Source of the DNA: Torpedo marmorata
Lineage: Eukaryota
Direction: 5' to 3'
Assembly (NCBI GenBank): GCA_977017645.1
Contig: OZ360222.1
Coordinates: forward strand, 181,164,001 to 181,228,000
DNA: 64,000 bases
Positions 58,331-64,000 of this stretch are shown piece by piece; within the stretch, counting starts at the first letter, position 1; every line of letters begins with the position of its first letter. Below the pieces are notes generated by a model, which was not told where the DNA came from, ran no database searches, and saw nothing but the letters and a program-made list of their open reading frames with translations. Both the position numbers and the translations under genes were made by a program.

Positions 58331-61300
58331 TATAACCTCACCAGTGTATCAACCCAAGGCACGACGGCGAGCCTGGATCCGTGATGTCCTGTGTTTCCAA
58401 GTGGACCACCTGTTTCTGCTTGCTTGGGCTGTTTCAAAGTTAAATTCCCCATTCCCAATGATTTTGAACAAACATTTTGTAATTAACCTGATTGTGGCAT
58501 CTTCTGTCATGAATGCTTAGTTTCTGTAAACCCGCTCAGACAGTTGAATGCACAAACCTTGGAATTGTTTAAAATTAGTACAATTTCAGGAGTTCTTTAC
58601 ATAAAATGTCAAATTAATAAATTGTTTAATTTTATATTCCTAGTTCCTGATGTTTTCCCCCACTCTTAACCCTGTTGGCCCATGACTTTTCCTTTCAAAT
58701 AAATAAATGAGAACATAACAAATAGAAGCAGGAGCAGGCCATTGGGACCCTCAAGTTTTCTCCACCACTCATCAGTCACGGCCGCCCTTCTACCTCAACC
58801 ATCACTTTCCTGTCTTATCTGCTTGTCCTGTGATTCCTTACATTTCCAGAAATCTATCTGTCTTTGATTGCAACCAGAGAGTGAGCTTCTGCAGCTCTCT
58901 AAGGTGGACAATTCCAGAGAGTTACCATCCAATGAGTGAAAATATTTCTCTCATTCAGTCGTGATCGGCCTGGCCTAGCCAAGATAAACATTCTCTCTCC
59001 ATCCATCCTGTTCAATCAACGAATAATTTTGTATATTCTTCTGACTCCTTGAGGGTATTTCACATGTATAGTTTGTTTTAATAGATCTCGGACATGCCAG
59101 GATCACAGGCTGAACCAGTGATCTTCAGGTTAATCTCCCTACCTGGTTGATGTAGCTGTAAGGGTTCATTTCTGAGGCTGAGAATCGTTGAAGCAGCTGT
59201 GTGTCCTAACCTGATCTGGGATACTTGACACTAACAATGTGGCCACCGGTGGATTTATTGGGGTACAATATGACTTAGGTCACTGGTACTGAGGTATGGT
59301 ATTAGCCGGTGTTTTACACCCATGTATGGTTGCAAGGGGTGCAGTGGTGTGAAATGGAGTACATGGGGCAGTAAACACCTCAGCACCCAGCAATTATGCT
59401 CAACCCCAATTATGCTTTGCATCAGTTTACTTTTGAAAGAGGAAAGGGTTGGAGATTTAAGTTGATGGCCGTCTCTTGCCCACCTCTCCATATCCACTTC
59501 GGGGCTCCGCTTTCCTTCTTAGATTGCATACACTGTGTTAAATAGAATCTTCACAACCTCTGGGTGTTTGAACGGTCCAACATCTCTTCCCAACCGTTGT
59601 GAACAATCAGTGGGGAGTTGAAATAGTTCGAGGGAGGTATTGCACACCTTTGGTTTTATGTAAAGATCTCGGACGTGACAGGGCCATGTCTGGCCATTTT
59701 AAAGGCAAATCCAGGCCATAACACTAAGTGCTAACAATATAAAAGTGTGGCCACAACTCCATCTCTGCTTTGTTCACACCAGTCGTGAAGCTGAAGTTTT
59801 ATAGATTTTATAGATGTTTTCTTGTGTTGCATCTTGTGCATGTTTGATTGGTAAATTAGTCGATTCATTAAACATCCTTATGCAGAGTAATGCTGCTTAT
59901 CTTAAATGCAATTAATCATGATTCCTGTTCCCTCGGCATGACTATATTTCTGGTCACATACAGGGATGTTTAGTGCGATTCCAATTCCATCATAGTCTTG
60001 TTAATCGTGAGCATGGCTTGCAAACCATTCCTGTTGTGTAGCACCATTGCTATTGTCATTTCTGATTCACGTGAATGATAAGACTATAAGATGTAGGTCA
60101 TTTGGCCCATCGGGTCTTCTCCCACCATTCAATCATGGTTGATGTATTATATTTTTCCTGTCAATCCTATTCTCCTGCCTTCTCACTGTGACCTTTGACA
60201 CCCTTACTAATTTGCTTTATGACTTGACGTACATTTAGGGCAGAGATTATTGGCTTGAAAATCAGGGACAACCAACTGGGTAATTGCTTTTACAGCTGTA
60301 GTTGACCATTATTTGGGAGCGCGGAATAAATTGATTGATAAAGTAAATCAAATCACACGGGAGAGGGCTTACACAGTGGATAGACATAGTATAGAATTTT
60401 TGAAGCAAGTTGCTGCTTTGTTGAAAATCATTTGCAAAAGAAGATGAGTAAGAGAATCTAGAAAGAAGCATGTGACCTCTCATTCAGGTCATGCCTAAAC
60501 CTATGCCTCAAGATCACTTTCTTGTCCAATCCAATCGTTCCTTAAATAAGGGGACCCCGACTCTAGAAAGCGGTCTCACCAATACCGTGAACAGTTAGAG
60601 ATCAGATGAGCCTCATCGAAAATGGAACATTAAAATATAATTTGTTTGGCAAATGATTATTTGAATACTCTTGTTGTTATTAGCAATTCCTTTGAACCAA
60701 TGAAGTCTAGCCTCTACATGCATATACCATATGTAGAACACCATTCCGTTTTACATTTTCTACTTCCAACCCTATGTCCTGTTACATGAGAATTCTTAAA
60801 GTGGATCCAAGATGGTTACTGTAGGGTATTCTGAGAAGGAACACTGGGGCTCTGTGATAATCTGAGGCTGCGAGGTGCATTCTAGATGCTTTTGTCAATG
60901 GCCGTATTATTTTCTGGCTGCACCAGAGATTATATGCAAAATAAAAGAAGTGATTTCACACATGTGTTTCTGCATTGTCAGTCAAAAGTCCTACTGACCC
61001 TGTTACAGTGCGGTCTGTGGTATGCCTGAGGTACTGAGGGTTGGTATTTCCCCAATTGGAACAGTATGTGGCCATGACTTGTGACACACCTGTGATTGGA
61101 TTGTCAGTGGAAGCACACTGTCTACTAAAATTCTCTGGCACAGAAAATAAGGTTTGGGTAATGCACCAGGCAACCTGTACATCTTCACTTCAAATACCTG
61201 TCCCTTCGAGATATAAAGGTCTGATTGGCTTTGGGAAGCAGTTATCGTTGTAAATCATTGCACTTGCCTTGGGTCCCACTCTGACTCTGAATTTTAGATT

Positions 61301-62749
61301 TATTCAGGGTTGGAATTTGACAAGAGTTCTGCAGATTCCCCAGGGCACAGGTTGACCATATGTCACCTTTCCCCAGCTCATCCAAATCATTAAATTCTAG
61401 GCAGGGTTCGGTTCTGCTCAAAAACAGGAAGGATTCTGTTCCTACCACTCAGTGAACTCATGGCTGATATGTTACCTAATTCCATAACCTGCCTTTTCGT
61501 CATATCCCTCAATAACCTTGGCCAGGAAAAATCAACCAATGCCAGATTTAAACTTAATGAATGACTACAGCTACTTTCCGTATGAAGCAAAGACTCCTCC
61601 AACACTCAGGATGTAGAAGTGCACTGCTACTTCACACTAAATTCCCAGCTATAGTTTTTAGACTCTGCTCCCTCGAAATCCATTGATATATATGGCTGCT
61701 AAATGTGCTAAGTCATAGTAGCTGTGGGTTCTAATATGTTTCTGAAATTTGGCTCCATTGAAGTCAGGGTTGGCAGTTCAAGTCAAATCAAGTCAAGTTT
61801 ATTGTCATCTGATTGCACAAGTACAACCCAACGAAACAGTGTTCTCCGGTCCTCGGTGCAAAACACGCAGACACACAACCAGACATAACACACATACAGA
61901 CAGACAAGACATATGCAAGACAAGTATTCATATATACAAATAAATAAATAAATAAATATTTATTCCAGTTCTAGTTCCTAGCAAGTTCCCCCAATATCCT
62001 GATCCATCCTTCAGCCTAAATTCCAAGGATGAATGATCTCCCTTGGGTTGAGAAGGATGCCAGGTGATCTGGTCATCCAATGACTAAATAGCTTATTTGA
62101 ACATTTCCACAAGTCTTGTGGTCATTTGGTGAAGCTTCACTGGGAAGATGCCAATTGGAAAGGCGTGGAAGGTGATGCTTTGGGAATGGAGGGAAGGCAT
62201 GTATATCAAAATGCAACCGGTTTCTCGCTGGAGCTATGCTTTGTTTATCAGTCGAAGCCCAGTGCATTGGCAGGAGGGAAGGTCAGGAGACAGGACACTG
62301 TCCATCTAAAGTGGCTCTTGGTCAATTTGTGTGCTATAATAGATCAAGCAGGAGGAGCATCCTTCTCCCCCCGTGTCGCCAGTCTCCCCTGTAGCCACTG
62401 CAGGATTCATTAAACAGCTTGTCCGGCAGACGGAGAAGGAAGCAAAAGAGGGTCGTCAGCAGGGGAAGGAGCGGAGAATTGAGCAGCAGGTGAGACCTTT
62501 GGAATCAGACACTGTTTTAAAGAAGCATAGGCTATATTCTTGCTATTCCATTAGGAGTGAAGGTGCCATCCCTGCCCCTCACAGTCCATTCCACAACCTG
62601 TTTCTCTATTGCCATCTCCCTAACTTCCTTCAATCCTCTGAGATCCTTCCTTCAATTCCCAACACCAATCGCTGCACCTTTCACAACCGTGCCTCCAGCT
62701 GCCAAGGAGCTCTCTGACCTCTGCTTCTCTAAATTTTCATTTTTAATTT

Positions 62750-63720
62750 TAGACATAAATTTAAATTTAGTCATACAGCACGGTAACAGGCCATTTCGGT
62801 CCATGAGTCTGTGCCGCCCAATTTACACCCAATTAACCTACACCCCAGGTACGTTTCGAACGCTGGGAGGAAACCAGAGAACCCGGGGAAAACCCACGCA
62901 GACACGGTTGTGATGTTTCTTTTATTGTAATAAAGAAACTTGGGTTCTTTTAAAACAACTATACTTTATTAGCAATAGAACTCATTCACGACTGTGTGGA
63001 GGCATCCATCTTGAATCCAATTGAAGCTGCAACCGACTAGTCTCCAACTCCCTCTAGTGGTCAGGAGGATCACTAGCACTCTATCATTACATCCCCTTTC
63101 CTTGAGATGTTTAATCTAACAACATGACACACTAATACAGTATTCATTTCAATTTAAAGTTCAACACAAACGTAAACACAACATCAGCAGCACAAACTTT
63201 TAAGTGTGCAGTTCTTTTTCTTTTAGAGATTCAGCCTGTCAGGTGCTTTGATAACACGTGTGGATCACCTTAACACAGGTGCTTGTGTCGGCTCTGCTGG
63301 TCCACTACTGTCTAGCACTGGTGGTGTTTCCTCTGTTGCTGTGCAGGCTGAATCTTCTGCATCTGTCTGTTCCTGCAGTGTTTCTTGCATTTTCAGCAAG
63401 CTCTTTTGATTCCTCCTCAGTATTTGACCATCCTCTGTTCTGACAGTGTAGGATCTTGGATTTACTTCCTCCAGAACAGTAGCTTTTTTGTCCCAAGTGT
63501 TGGAATCTCTGAGTCTCACTGTGTCATGTTGTGCCAGTGGCCCTAAGCTTCTTGCTGACTTGTCATAGTTTGCTTTTTGTCTCCATTGCAGACGCTTTTG
63601 TTTCCGTTCGACATCTTCGACATCTCTGTTCTTGTTAGGGTCTGCAGTGTGATTCCAACCCCGGTCCCGATCGCTGGCGCTGTAAAGGCGTTGCGCTAAC
63701 CGCTACGTCAACCATGCCGC
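62750..63720 (-). mobile_element. HE1-like V-SINE split by a Gypsy fragment
   Basis: SINE tail and body at 62750-62906; tRNA-like head at 63650-63720. Confidence 0.75.
62911..63650 (-). mobile_element. Gypsy/Ty3 LTR element 3' end (integrase C-terminus, PPT, about 181-bp 3' LTR)
   Basis: RQKANYDKSARSLGPL...WDKKATVLEEVNPRSYTVRTEDGQILRRNQKSL; purine tract AAGGAAAGGGGA precedes TGTAATG...AAACATCA (LTR 63091-62911). Confidence 0.8.
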
Positions 63721-64000
63721 CACTTTTTAACCCTGAACATCCCTGAGAACGCCTCTTTCCTGCCTCTTTTTAACCCTGAACATCCCTGAGAACCTCCCAT
63801 CTTGAGCAAGCTTCTGGCCTTCTAAGCTAAGGTTCTGTATTTTGACACTTTTATGTGAAGTGCTGTGGGATGCTTTTTATTGTACTAAAGTGCTGTATAA
63901 TTTCAAGTTGCTGTTATATTCATGTACTGTAGGATGGGATTGGTTCAATGTTACACCTAGCACTGATTCTGCCCAATCCCACACCTAACCCCACCCAAAC

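Noticed and set aside
63723-63793. 28-bp direct repeat CTTTTTAACCCTGAACATCCCTGAGAAC x2
   Set aside because: Simple local duplication with no sign of function.
40629-64000. tpst2 coding exon expected by synteny
   Set aside because: No sulfotransferase motif (such as GGVPRSGTTL) appears in the ORF track.

Overview
Repeat-rich vertebrate genomic DNA, most likely from a cartilaginous fish (shark or ray), inferred from the HE1/V-SINE, CR1, Rex1/Babar and Penelope repeat content. The only host gene I can reconstruct is a complete beta-B1-crystallin (crybb1) on the + strand: TATA box at 4038, five coding exons from 4759 to 12297 (227 aa), and a PL1/PL2-like lens promoter. The rest is intronic or intergenic DNA full of retroelement fragments; synteny suggests it may be the 5' region of tpst2, but no tpst2 coding exon is visible. 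The standout feature is a young BEL/Pao LTR element at 34590-40628 (586-bp LTRs, about 99% identical, GTAAG target-site duplication). It keeps an open Gag-protease frame but has lost RT, RNase H and the integrase core. It appears to carry two captured host-gene pieces: an SLTM/SAFB-like SAP-domain N-terminus and a MIPOL1-like coiled-coil segment where pol should be. Both homologies are recalled from memory and need a BLAST check. Other points of interest are head-to-head Penelope and Penelope+Rex1 insertions with single TSDs, hammerhead-like cores in Penelope tails, a perfect 9x42-bp palindromic minisatellite and a fold-back duplication.
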